DNA of 64,000 nucleotides from Planctomycetota bacterium (lineage in GTDB: Bacteria; Planctomycetota; UBA1135; UBA2386). This document shows, piece by piece, positions 18,734 to 27,971 of this stretch. The notes under the pieces were generated by a model, which was not told the DNA's origin, made no database searches, and saw nothing but the letters and a program-made list of their open reading frames with translations. Each line of letters begins with the position of its first letter. Positions within the stretch are counted from its first letter, which is position 1. Location of the stretch: contig OZ245006.1 of the NCBI GenBank assembly GCA_965223545.1, positions 6,240,001 to 6,304,000 of the forward strand, written 5' to 3'. The position numbers and the translations under genes are program-made.

Positions 18734-20302
18734 ATGCCCCCACCCCGATTCGACAATCGCTTCACGCGCTCGCTGCCCGCCGACCCGGATCCGACCAACC
18801 GGCCCCGGCAAGTCCGCGGTGCGTGTTTTTCCCGAGTGCGGCCCGTAGTGCCGCGCGCGCCGGCGCTGGTGGCGTGGGCTCGTGAGGTCGTCGACGACCT
18901 CGGCATGGACGAGGCCGACCTGCAGGCGTGGGCCGACGTCTGGGCCGGCGGGCGCGTGCTGCCGGAGATGGATTGCCACGCGATGTGCTACGGCGGCCAT
19001 CAGTTCGGGCAGTGGGCGGGGCAGCTCGGCGACGGCCGGGCGATCAACCTCGGCGAGGTCGTCGACCGGCGCGGTGAGCTGCAGATGCTGCAGCTCAAGG
19101 GCGCGGGGCCGACGCCGTACTCGCGCGGTGCCGACGGGCTCGCGGTGCTGCGCTCCTCGGTGCGCGAGTTCTTGTGCAGCGAGGCGATGCATCACTTGGG
19201 CGTGCCGACGACCCGGGCGCTGAGCCTCTGCTTGACCGGCGAGGACGTGCTGCGCGACATGTTCTACGACGGCCGGCCGGAGTACGAGCCCGGTGCGGTG
19301 GTGTGCCGCGTGGCGCCGTCGTTTCTGCGCTTCGGCAGCTACGAGCTGCCGGCGGCGACCGGTCAACGCGAGCTGTTGGCCGCGCTCTGTGACTACACCA
19401 TCCGCCATCACTTCCCCGCCCTCGGCGAACCCTGCCCAGAGGTCTACGCCGAGTGGTTTGCGGTGGTGTGCCAGCGCACTGCCGAGCTGGTCGTGCACTG
19501 GCAGCGGGTCGGCTTCGTGCACGGCGTGCTGAACACCGACAACATGTCGATCCTGGGGCTGACGATCGACTACGGTCCGTACGGTTGGATCGATGATTAC
19601 GATCCGGACTGGACGCCCAACACGACGGATGCGCAGGTGCGCCGCTACCGTTTTGGCCAGCAGGGTCGCGTCGCCCAGTGGAACCTCGCGCAGCTGGGCA
19701 ACGCGCTCGCTCCTCTGCTGCCCTCGGTCGAGCCGCTGCAGGCCGCGCTCGACGACTACCGCCTGCGTTTCGAGCGGCGCTACCTCGAGATGATGACGCG
19801 AAAGCTCGGGCTGCTCCGCTGCGATGCCGACCGGGATCGCGCGCTGATCGAGCAGCTGGTGGGGCTGTTGACGTCGGTCGAGACCGACATGACTCTCTTC
19901 TTCCGGCAACTGGCGGAGATCCCGCTCGCCGCTCTGGCGCGCGGCGAGGGCGAGCAGCTCGAGGCGGCCTACTACGTTCCGCAGCAGCTCGACGAAGCGG
20001 CGCTCTTGCAGCGGCGCGAGTTCTTGATGGCCTACGCCGCGCGCGCCGGGCGGGATGCCGGCAGCGACGAGGGGCGCAAGCTGCGCATGGACTCGGTCAA
20101 TCCGCGCTACGTCATGCGCAACTACCTCGCCCAGCAAGCCATCGATCGGGCCCTCGAAGATGATTTCGATGGGATCGCGGAGCTGCTGGAGGTGATGCGA
20201 CGGCCGTACGAGGACCAACCGCGGTTCGCGAGCTACGCGGCCAGGCGGCCGGACTGGGCGCGCAACCGACCGGGGTGCTCGCAGCTGTCGTGCAGCTCGT
20301 GA
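18734..20302 (+). CDS. selO: Protein adenylyltransferase SelO/YdiU
   Basis: YGGHQFG.WAGQLGDGRA, QLKGAG.TPYSR..DG.AVLRSS.RE, GFVHGV.NTDN, IDYGPYG; C-terminal SCSS. Confidence 0.95.
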   Translation: MPPPRFDNRFTRSLPADPDPTNRPRQVRGACFSRVRPVVPRAPALVAWAREVVDDLGMDEADLQAWADVWAGGRVLPEMDCHAMCYGGHQFGQWAGQLGDGRAINLGEVVDRRGELQMLQLKGAGPTPYSRGADGLAVLRSSVREFLCSEAMHHLGVPTTRALSLCLTGEDVLRDMFYDGRPEYEPGAVVCRVAPSFLRFGSYELPAATGQRELLAALCDYTIRHHFPALGEPCPEVYAEWFAVVCQRTAELVVHWQRVGFVHGVLNTDNMSILGLTIDYGPYGWIDDYDPDWTPNTTDAQVRRYRFGQQGRVAQWNLAQLGNALAPLLPSVEPLQAALDDYRLRFERRYLEMMTRKLGLLRCDADRDRALIEQLVGLLTSVETDMTLFFRQLAEIPLAALARGEGEQLEAAYYVPQQLDEAALLQRREFLMAYAARAGRDAGSDEGRKLRMDSVNPRYVMRNYLAQQAIDRALEDDFDGIAELLEVMRRPYEDQPRFASYAARRPDWARNRPGCSQLSCSS

Positions 20303-20313
20303 GCGCGGTGGCG

Positions 20314-20425
20314 CAGACGCCAGTGTTGTCTTCGAGCCTCCGGGAGCTGCGTTGTCGAAGTTCCAGCGACAACGAGCCTTCCGAAAGGTTGTCGCCGCGC
20401 GAAGATTCTCGGACCCGGACGCTCA
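20314..20425 (-). repeat. Dispersed copy of repeat unit A plus linker (inverted)
   Basis: Reverse complement matches 16045-16156 at 105/112 positions by manual count. Confidence 0.92.
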
Positions 20426-21028
20426 GGAATGGGGAGGTGCCGCCTTCCCGCGCGGCTTGGGATAGGCACCGCAGAACAGCCGGAAAGTGCGGCCCTCGGG
20501 CGCGCGCTCGTCGTGGTACTTCGCCACCAGCGCGGCGACCGCGGCATTGAGTTCTTCGGCGAACGCGTGCCGCGACGTCGGGTCCGCGAACCGCAGCTCG
20601 ACCTCGATCGACAGCGTCGCCAGTCGTTGGCCGGCGGCCTCCGCGCCGGCTTGCAGGACGCCGAGCTCGTGCACGGTCCGCGAGGCCAGTGCGACCTGAT
20701 AGGCGGCCGAGAAGCGATCGCGCACCGATTCGGGCGAGCTGCCGAGCGCGCCGAGCGCCGCCGTCGAGATCGCGTAGGCGTCGCCGCTGCGCTGGTACAG
20801 GCGCTCGACGACGCTGCCGCGGCGCCGCTCGGCAACGACGCGGATCAGCTTGCGCTGTTCGAGCTCGTGCAGGTGGTAGTTGATCCGTTGTCGCGGGGCG
20901 CCGATGCGCGCGGCGACGGTGGCGGCGCTGGCGGGCTCGCCGAGCTGCTCCAGGAGCTGAAGGCGGGTCGGATGCAGCAGGGCCTGCGCCCGCCCGGCCT
21001 CGCCGATCACCTCCACGGCGGCGCTCAT
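20423..21028 (-). CDS. ArsR-like winged-helix transcriptional regulator
   Basis: ALLHPTRLQLLEQLGEPASAATVAARIGAPRQRINYHLHELEQ..LI; start overlaps the upstream stop (ATGA). Confidence 0.88.
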   Translation of the reverse strand: MSAAVEVIGEAGRAQALLHPTRLQLLEQLGEPASAATVAARIGAPRQRINYHLHELEQRKLIRVVAERRRGSVVERLYQRSGDAYAISTAALGALGSSPESVRDRFSAAYQVALASRTVHELGVLQAGAEAAGQRLATLSIEVELRFADPTSRHAFAEELNAAVAALVAKYHDERAPEGRTFRLFCGAYPKPRGKAAPPHS

Positions 21029-21885
21029 GAGCTCGCGGTCTCCCACCGTCCCGCGTCGACTCCGTCGAACAGCTCCAGCAGTAGCTGCTCGAACTGGCCG
21101 GCGAGCCGGGCGATCTCGCCGGCTGGCCGCTGGTACGCGCCCAGCTGGAGCCAGGCCGTCGGGGTGCCACCGCAGTCCTCGACGCAGAGCCGAAGGAACG
21201 CGCCGCCGTGGCTGTCGGCGATCCCGTTGAACTCGTGCGCGCGGCAGGCCAGCACGGTGCCGGCAAAGGTCTCGCCAGCCGCGGTCGTGAAGCGAAATGG
21301 CGCCCCCTCGGCTGCGCCTGCCACGGCGTCGGCACAGCGCAGGCCGCGATCGCCGATCAGCCGCTGCCAGCTCTTGTCGAGGTCCGGTGCGGTGGCGGTG
21401 CGCAAGACGAGCTGGCGGTCGTGGCCTCGATGCCGCTCGAGGTAGAGCTGCAGCGAGCCGAGCTCGACGGGCCAGCCCCGGCTGATGCCGTCGTACTCCC
21501 GGTCGAAGTCGGCCTCCGGTCCAAAGCCCGAGTGCACCAGCCGGAGAGTCGTGCTGCCGCCTTCGCCCGCCAGGTGGAAGTCGATGAACAGCGGCACCGG
21601 CTTGCCGTCGGCGCCCGTCGCCGGGCCGTCGTAGCGGGTGCGCAGGTGTCGACCCGGCTGCCAACGCTCGATGGTCTGGCGCCAGCGGTACGCGTCGCCC
21701 CACTGCCAGAGCACGTGGCCACCGGCCTCGGGGACGACCTCGCACTGCGGCGCGAACCAGCGCTGCAGCTCTTGTGCCGTGCTGATCGCGGCCCAGACCG
21801 CGGCGGGCGGCGCCTGGATCTCGAGTTCGTGCACGAACTCGCGTTGGGCCTGGGAAGCGGGTCGGGAGGACTGTTGGTCTCGCAT
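21025..21885 (-). CDS. SRPBCC/AHSA1 (START-like) domain protein
   Basis: EIQAPPAAVWAAIST..ELQRWF, TTLRLVHSGF, GW...L..L..YLE. Confidence 0.85.
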   Translation of the reverse strand: MRDQQSSRPASQAQREFVHELEIQAPPAAVWAAISTAQELQRWFAPQCEVVPEAGGHVLWQWGDAYRWRQTIERWQPGRHLRTRYDGPATGADGKPVPLFIDFHLAGEGGSTTLRLVHSGFGPEADFDREYDGISRGWPVELGSLQLYLERHRGHDRQLVLRTATAPDLDKSWQRLIGDRGLRCADAVAGAAEGAPFRFTTAAGETFAGTVLACRAHEFNGIADSHGGAFLRLCVEDCGGTPTAWLQLGAYQRPAGEIARLAGQFEQLLLELFDGVDAGRWETASS

Positions 21886-21924
21886 CGGGTTGGCCTTCAA
21901 AGAAGAAGAAGAGTGGGGATGAAA

Positions 21925-21979
21925 CCGACAAAACATTTTGTCGGCCAGGGTGTCAAGTGCCGACAAACAATTTTGTCGG
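21925..21979. promoter_or_regulatory. Tandem palindromic operators CCGACAAA-N4-TTTGTCGG flanking a minus-strand TTGACA
   Basis: Palindromes at 21925-21944 and 21960-21979; TTGACA at 21956-21951. Confidence 0.8.
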
Positions 21980-22057
21980 CCGATCGGGAGTTCCCTTGCC
22001 TCGGGGCCTTCGGCGAGACTCGTGGCGTTGCCGGCGCCCAGCCCAGCGAAGACTGTC

Positions 22058-23776
22058 ATGCCGATGATCCGAACTCCGTTCCGTCCTCGCCCGGCCAAGC
22101 GTGGATGCCGCTTCTGGTCTGCCGCATGGCTCTTGCTCGCCGCAGGGCTGGCCGGCCAACAGCCGCAGGTCGAGCCGAATCCCAAAGAGGAAGCGGCTCC
22201 CGAGGTGCCCGTGGCCCGGCCCTTGTTCGAGCTCCACCTGGCGGCTCCCGCCGCCTGGCGGGCGGCGTTCCTGCCGACCAACCTCGGCGCGATGCTGGCG
22301 GGCAAGGACACGCAGCCGATCGTCGGCCTGCTGCGCGGCGGCATCACTGCCGCGCTCGCGCCGGCCGGCGGCGACTCCGCCTTGGCCGCGCTCATGCAGC
22401 ACGAGGGCGCGCTCGACTTGGCGGTCGCGATGCGCGGCGAGCGCGCTCACGTGGTGCTCCGTTGGGAAGCGGGCGCGCAGTCGGAGGTCAAGCCCGTGGT
22501 CGACCTGCTCACCGAGGCGATGCGCGCGCTCGGCGAGCCGCAAGAAGTCGCGTCCCCTCTCGGGGCGCTGGCGACCGTCGCCGCTGCCGATGATGTCGCG
22601 ACGTTGCCGTTCTCGCGGGAGGGCGACGTCTTGGTCGTGATGGCGGTCGGGTCTCACGCGGCCGACGAGGGGGAGGCCGGCCTCGACCTGGAGACCGCGT
22701 TCGCGGTCCACGACCGATGGCGCCGCGAGCGGCGTTCGCCGGTCGCGCCTCCTCTGCGGGCGACGTTGGACTTGCCACAGCTGGTCGACCACGCGGTGAG
22801 CGAGTTCGGCTCGTTCGTCGATGCGGCGGCGCTGCGGCGATGGCTCGGCGGTGACACGCTCGGCGCGCTGCACGTCTCGCTGGCCGCGGCCGGGCCACAG
22901 CTGCAGCTGGAGCTCAGCACCCAATTCGGCGGCGGTGATCGCGGTGTGTTCGAGGCGGTGTTTCCCGACGCGCAGGGAGTGCCGGCCGTCCTCGGCGTCG
23001 TGCCGCCGGACTGCCGCGCCTACCGGGTCGGGCAGCTGCGGCTCGATGTGTTGTACGAATCGTTGGTGACCTTCTACGACGAGAGCGAAGAGGATCGGGA
23101 TCGCGCCACCATCGAGAGCGAGATGCGCGACAGCTTCGGGGTCGACCTCGGCGAGGATCTCCTGCGCCACCTGACCGGCGAGATCGCCCTGCTCTGGGGG
23201 CCGGGAGAGCGGCTGGAGATCGAGAACCTGTTCGACAACTTGGTGATCGTGCTGCCGATCGCCAACGCCGAGGCGTTTGCCCGAGCGTGGCGGGTCGTCG
23301 TGCCGGAGTTCAGCCCCGGCCGCGACTGGCAGCACTCGGAACGGGACGGCATCGAGTTCGACGCCGGCCACACGTGGTCGGGCGACTGGATGTGCTTCGC
23401 GCGCGCGCCGGAGATGCTGTGCGTCGGTCTGACGGACGGTGCCCGGGAGCTGCTCGAGCAGGTCCTCGACCGGCGCTCGGCGGAGGCTCCGGCCGAGCTG
23501 CCCCCGCCGTGGCCCGCTCTGCAACCCCACGCGCCGCGCGGGCTCAACGGCCTCGCCGAGACCGACGTGCGCGCCGTGCTCTCCGGCCCGTTGGCGCTGC
23601 TCTTCGAGCTGCTGGACGAAGGGGTGCCGCCCGAACTCGGCATCGACCTCGACCCGGAGGCGGCGGTCGGCGCCATCGATCGGTGGTGGCCCCTGCTGCA
23701 GCGGCATGCGCTGGACCGAGCGCAGACGATGACGGGCTATCGCGACGGTAGATGGGTGTTTCGCGTGTACTGGTGA
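22058..23776 (+). CDS. Exported hypothetical protein (DUF3352-like)
   Basis: Signal-like WLLLAAGLAGQ; GVDLGEDLLRHLTGEIAL motif. Start uncertain. Confidence 0.6.
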   Translation: MPMIRTPFRPRPAKRGCRFWSAAWLLLAAGLAGQQPQVEPNPKEEAAPEVPVARPLFELHLAAPAAWRAAFLPTNLGAMLAGKDTQPIVGLLRGGITAALAPAGGDSALAALMQHEGALDLAVAMRGERAHVVLRWEAGAQSEVKPVVDLLTEAMRALGEPQEVASPLGALATVAAADDVATLPFSREGDVLVVMAVGSHAADEGEAGLDLETAFAVHDRWRRERRSPVAPPLRATLDLPQLVDHAVSEFGSFVDAAALRRWLGGDTLGALHVSLAAAGPQLQLELSTQFGGGDRGVFEAVFPDAQGVPAVLGVVPPDCRAYRVGQLRLDVLYESLVTFYDESEEDRDRATIESEMRDSFGVDLGEDLLRHLTGEIALLWGPGERLEIENLFDNLVIVLPIANAEAFARAWRVVVPEFSPGRDWQHSERDGIEFDAGHTWSGDWMCFARAPEMLCVGLTDGARELLEQVLDRRSAEAPAELPPPWPALQPHAPRGLNGLAETDVRAVLSGPLALLFELLDEGVPPELGIDLDPEAAVGAIDRWWPLLQRHALDRAQTMTGYRDGRWVFRVYW

Positions 23777-23804
23777 CGCGGCGTCGGCGGTACCATCGCG
23801 GGCC

Positions 23805-26615
23805 ATGAAATGCATGGGACTCGCGGCCTGTGCGCTGACGTTGACCGGCGCGCATGCCGTGGCGCAGCCAGGCGCGGTCACTCCGCCGCAGGACTTCTTC
23901 GGTCACGAGATCGGCGCCGATCATTTCCTCGCCAACTACACCCAGCTGGTCGACTACTGGCGGCTGCTGGCGTCGGAGTCCGACCGCATGGTGTTGGAGG
24001 AGATCGGCACGACCGGCTACGGCCAGACCATGTGGATGGCGGTGATCTCCGCGCCGGAGACCGTGCGCGCGCGCGAGCGCTACCGGCGGATCTCCGCTCT
24101 GCTGTGCGGCGCGCGGGAGCTCGACGCCAGCCAGGCGGCCGAACTCGCGCAAGAAGGCAAGGCAGTCGTGTGGATCGATGGCGGCCTGCACGCGACCGAA
24201 GCCGTAGCGGGCCAGAACATCCTCGAGCTGGTCTACGCCATGGTCAGCCGCGACGACGCCGAAGTGCGGCGCATTCTCGACTCGGTGGTGCTGCTGGTGT
24301 GTCCGGCAAACCCGGATGGAATGGAGCTGGTGGCGCGGACCTACGGCGTCAGCCAGAGGGTCGGCGGGCTGCCCGTGCTGTACCAGCGCTACTGCGGCCA
24401 CGACAACAACCGCGACTTCTACATGTGCAACACCGTGGAGGCGCGCGCGATCAACCGCGTGCTCTACCGGCGTTGGTTCCCGCAGATCATCTACAACCAC
24501 CACCAGACCGCGCCGCGCGGCACGATCCTCTTCACGCCGCCGTTCCGCGATCCGTTCAACTACCAGTTCGATCCGTTGGTGGTGCGCGGCATCGATCTCG
24601 TCGCGGCGCACATGAATGGCCGGTTCACCGCCGAGGGCAAGGCCGGCGTGATCTCGCGCGGCGGCGCGTCCTACTCGACGTGGTGGAACGGCGGTCTGCG
24701 CACGACGGCTTACTTCCACAACATGATCGGCATCCTGACCGAGGCGTTCGGCTCGCCGAACCCGACGCGGGTGCGGCCTTCGCTGGCGCGGCGGCTGCCG
24801 TCGGGCGACTATCCGCTGCCGATCGAAGAGCAGCCGTGGCACGCGCGGCAGACCATCGAGTACCTGCAGACCGCCAACTTCGCGATCCTCGACTACGCGG
24901 CGCGCTACAAGGACGAGCTGTTGCTCAACATCTACCGGATGGGGCGCAACTCGATCCGGCGGGGCAGCGGTGATCACTGGACCGCGACACCGCGTTTGAT
25001 GGCCGAGGCGCGGCGCCGCCGGTCGGCCGGCGGCGACGGTGAGGATGGTGGCGGGCAGCCGAGCGGCGGCGCCGAGGGTGATGCCGAGGGCGACGGCTCG
25101 GCGGGACAGGGAGACGCGCTGATCGACGCCTTCGCCGATCCGGCGTTGCGCGACCCGCGCGTCTACGTGATGCCCAGTGACCAACCCGATTTCCACGCCG
25201 CGACGCGGCTGGTCGATGCGCTGCTCGCCAATGGGGTCGAGGTGCACCGCGCGACGGCGGAGTTCGCGGTAGACGGCCGCGCCGTGCCGGCGGGATCCTG
25301 GGTGGTGCAGTGTGCACAGGCGTTCCGCCCGCACGTGATGGACATGTTCGAGCCGCAGTGGCATCCGGACGACACCGATGCCGCTGGGCAGCCGGTGCGG
25401 CCGTACGACAGCGCGGGTTGGACGCCTGCCCTCACCGGTGGCATCGAGGTCCTGCGCGTGCGCGACGCGTTGAGCGGTCCGTTCGAGCTCGTGCAGGAGG
25501 CCGCGGTTCAGGCTGGCGCGGTCTCCGCCGGTGGCGCCGGCTGGCTGCTCGACGTGCGTCAGACGGTCGCCTTCGCTGCCGTCAACCGCCTGCTGGCGGA
25601 GGGGGTCGAGGTGGGCCGCGTGCCGGCGGCGGTCGGCGAGGGAGCCGAGCAGCTGCCGGCCGGCAGCTGGTTCGTCAAAGCCGCCGCCGACGTCGAGGTG
25701 CGGCTGCGCCAACTCGCCGCCGAGCTCGGCGTCGACGCCCGGGGCGTCGACGCGGCCCCGGCGGGTGTGCGACCGCAACGGGCGCCGCGCGTGGGACTGG
25801 TCGATGTCTACGGCGGCAACATGGCCACCGGATGGACGGAGTGGGTACTGACCGAGTACGGCTTCGCGGTGGAGCCGGTGTTCGGGGCGCGCCTCAACGA
25901 GGGCGAGCTCTCGCGCGACTTCGACGCCCTGGTGTTCGCCACCGGCTTGCCCGCCGCCAGCCGGGGCGAAGCCGTGCGCCGGGCGTTGCGCTCCCCGCGG
26001 CCGGCGGCCGAAGTGGACCTCGAGGAGCTTGCCGCGGCGCTGCCGCCGTTCGAGGACTGGTCCGACCTGGCGGCGCGGCGCGAACGCGTCGATGTCGAGC
26101 GCGCCATTCCCGCGCTGCGCGCGTTCGTCGATGGCGGCGGCGCGCTGCTCGCGCTCGGCGGCCAGGTCGGTGCCGCCATCGCGCACCTCGAGCTACCGGT
26201 CGAAGAGGGCGTGTACGTCACCGATGACGATGGCGGGGAGCGGCGGCGCGCCCGGCGCTCGGAGTTCTTCGTGCCGACTTCGGTGCTGCGCGCGCGGATC
26301 GAGGACCGGCACCCGTTGGCGCGCGGCGTCGCCGCCGAGTTGCCGGTCGTGTTCCGTCGCGGTGCCGTCCTGTGGCCGGAGTCGGACGCCGTCGACGTCG
26401 CCGTCCGCTACGCGGAGGAGGACTTGCTGATGAGCGGCTGGGCAGTCGGTGCCGAGCACCTGGCAGGGGCGGCGGCGGTGGTCAGCGTGCGTCGCGGCGA
26501 AGGGCGGGTGCACCTGTTCGGTGCCGATGTGATCTTCCGTGGCCAGCCGACTGCCAGCTTCAAGCTCGTCTTCAACGCGTTGCTCGATTCGGCGGCGGCC
26601 CGGCACGTGGAGTGA
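23805..26615 (+). CDS. M14 family zinc carboxypeptidase with C-terminal GATase-like domain
   Basis: GGLHATE (HxxE), NPDG, GHDNNRD, YNHHQ, ILTE; signal peptide. Confidence 0.9.
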   Translation: MKCMGLAACALTLTGAHAVAQPGAVTPPQDFFGHEIGADHFLANYTQLVDYWRLLASESDRMVLEEIGTTGYGQTMWMAVISAPETVRARERYRRISALLCGARELDASQAAELAQEGKAVVWIDGGLHATEAVAGQNILELVYAMVSRDDAEVRRILDSVVLLVCPANPDGMELVARTYGVSQRVGGLPVLYQRYCGHDNNRDFYMCNTVEARAINRVLYRRWFPQIIYNHHQTAPRGTILFTPPFRDPFNYQFDPLVVRGIDLVAAHMNGRFTAEGKAGVISRGGASYSTWWNGGLRTTAYFHNMIGILTEAFGSPNPTRVRPSLARRLPSGDYPLPIEEQPWHARQTIEYLQTANFAILDYAARYKDELLLNIYRMGRNSIRRGSGDHWTATPRLMAEARRRRSAGGDGEDGGGQPSGGAEGDAEGDGSAGQGDALIDAFADPALRDPRVYVMPSDQPDFHAATRLVDALLANGVEVHRATAEFAVDGRAVPAGSWVVQCAQAFRPHVMDMFEPQWHPDDTDAAGQPVRPYDSAGWTPALTGGIEVLRVRDALSGPFELVQEAAVQAGAVSAGGAGWLLDVRQTVAFAAVNRLLAEGVEVGRVPAAVGEGAEQLPAGSWFVKAAADVEVRLRQLAAELGVDARGVDAAPAGVRPQRAPRVGLVDVYGGNMATGWTEWVLTEYGFAVEPVFGARLNEGELSRDFDALVFATGLPAASRGEAVRRALRSPRPAAEVDLEELAAALPPFEDWSDLAARRERVDVERAIPALRAFVDGGGALLALGGQVGAAIAHLELPVEEGVYVTDDDGGERRRARRSEFFVPTSVLRARIEDRHPLARGVAAELPVVFRRGAVLWPESDAVDVAVRYAEEDLLMSGWAVGAEHLAGAAAVVSVRRGEGRVHLFGADVIFRGQPTASFKLVFNALLDSAAARHVE

Positions 26616-26625
26616 GCGTCGGCTG

Positions 26626-27855
26626 GTGCTCGGCTCCGACGCCATCGCGCTCGACGCCTGGCGCGCGCTGCGCGACGGCAAGCACGAGGGGCTGCTGCGC
26701 GAGGTCGGCGCAGCCGAACGCGTCACGCCGGCCCGCATCGCCGGCTGGCGCAAGACGTACGCGGCGGCGGTGGTGTCTGCCGCGGTCGAGTTGTGGCGGG
26801 CGCGCCGGCGCGCGGTCGGCAAGTTCGGTTCCGCCGCCGTTGGGTTGTGGGCCGACCTGGCCGCGGTCGAGCAGGCCAGCAGTGACGCGGTGGCGCGACA
26901 CAAGGCCGGTCGGTTCGCCAGCGCGGGCAGCGGCGTCGTCCACGACCTCTGCTGTGGCATGGGCGGCGACGCGCGCGCGCTGGTGCGCATGGCAAGCGTC
27001 GTCGGTGTCGACCACCACCCACTGCGCGCCTGGATGTGCCGGGCGAACGCCGGCTGTCCGGTGGAGGCTGCCGACGCGGTCGACTATTCGGCCGCGAGGG
27101 TGACCGGCGGGGACTGGCTGCACATCGACCCGGCGCGCCGCGACGAGCGCCGGGGAGCGCGCCTGCACACCCTCGAGCGGGCGCAGCCGCCGTGGGCGGC
27201 GGTGTTGTCGGTGTTGCTGCGCGCGCGCGGTGGCGCGTGCAAGCTCGGTCCCGGCGCATCGCTGCCGTTGCCGGTGCCGGGCGAGGCCGGGGCCGCCGCG
27301 CGCGACGCGCTGCAGCGGGCCGAGCTGGAGTGGATCGAGGAGCGCGGCCGTCTGGTGCAGACCGTGCTGTGGACCGGCGAGTTGGCCAGGGCGCCGGGCG
27401 AGCGCCGGGCGACCCGACTGCCGGCGGGAGATTCGCTGCTCGGCCGCCCCGAGCCGTTGGCGCTCTGCGCCGCGCCCGAGCGGTGTGCTTGGCTGATCGA
27501 GCCTTGCGCCGCCGTGGAGCGCGCCGGCCTGCTTGGCTGCGCGCTGCGGCAGGCCGGTGCCGGTGCCGCCGAGCTCGCGGGCGGGTTGGGGCTGCTGGGG
27601 GCGGAAGCGCCGGTGCGCTCGCCGTGGTTCGCGAGCTTCGAAGTGTTGGCGGTGACCGCTCCACGCCTGACCCGGTTGCGCGACACCCTGTCGGCGCTCG
27701 ACGCCGGCGAAGTCGTGGTGCGCACGCGCGGCGGGGCAGCGGACGTCGCGGCATGGGCGGCGCGGCTGCGCGGCGAGGGTGCGCGCCGCGTCGTCGTGTT
27801 CTTTCTCCGCCTGCAGCGCAAGGTGCGCGCCTTCGTCTGTGCCCCGTCTCGCTGA
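26626..27855 (+). CDS. Class I SAM-dependent methyltransferase with THUMP-like C-terminus
   Basis: EQASS.AVARHKA.RF, DLCCGMGGD, DPARR, KLGPG. Start uncertain. Confidence 0.8.
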   Translation: MLGSDAIALDAWRALRDGKHEGLLREVGAAERVTPARIAGWRKTYAAAVVSAAVELWRARRRAVGKFGSAAVGLWADLAAVEQASSDAVARHKAGRFASAGSGVVHDLCCGMGGDARALVRMASVVGVDHHPLRAWMCRANAGCPVEAADAVDYSAARVTGGDWLHIDPARRDERRGARLHTLERAQPPWAAVLSVLLRARGGACKLGPGASLPLPVPGEAGAAARDALQRAELEWIEERGRLVQTVLWTGELARAPGERRATRLPAGDSLLGRPEPLALCAAPERCAWLIEPCAAVERAGLLGCALRQAGAGAAELAGGLGLLGAEAPVRSPWFASFEVLAVTAPRLTRLRDTLSALDAGEVVVRTRGGAADVAAWAARLRGEGARRVVVFFLRLQRKVRAFVCAPSR

Positions 27856-27971
27856 GCGCGCCGCACGCCGGGTCGCGGAGTTGTTCAACGTCGCGTGGGC
27901 ATTGCGACGATGACTGACGAGGTGTGGTGGCCCCGAGGCCCCCATCGACGACAGCCAGTGAGGTGAGACCC

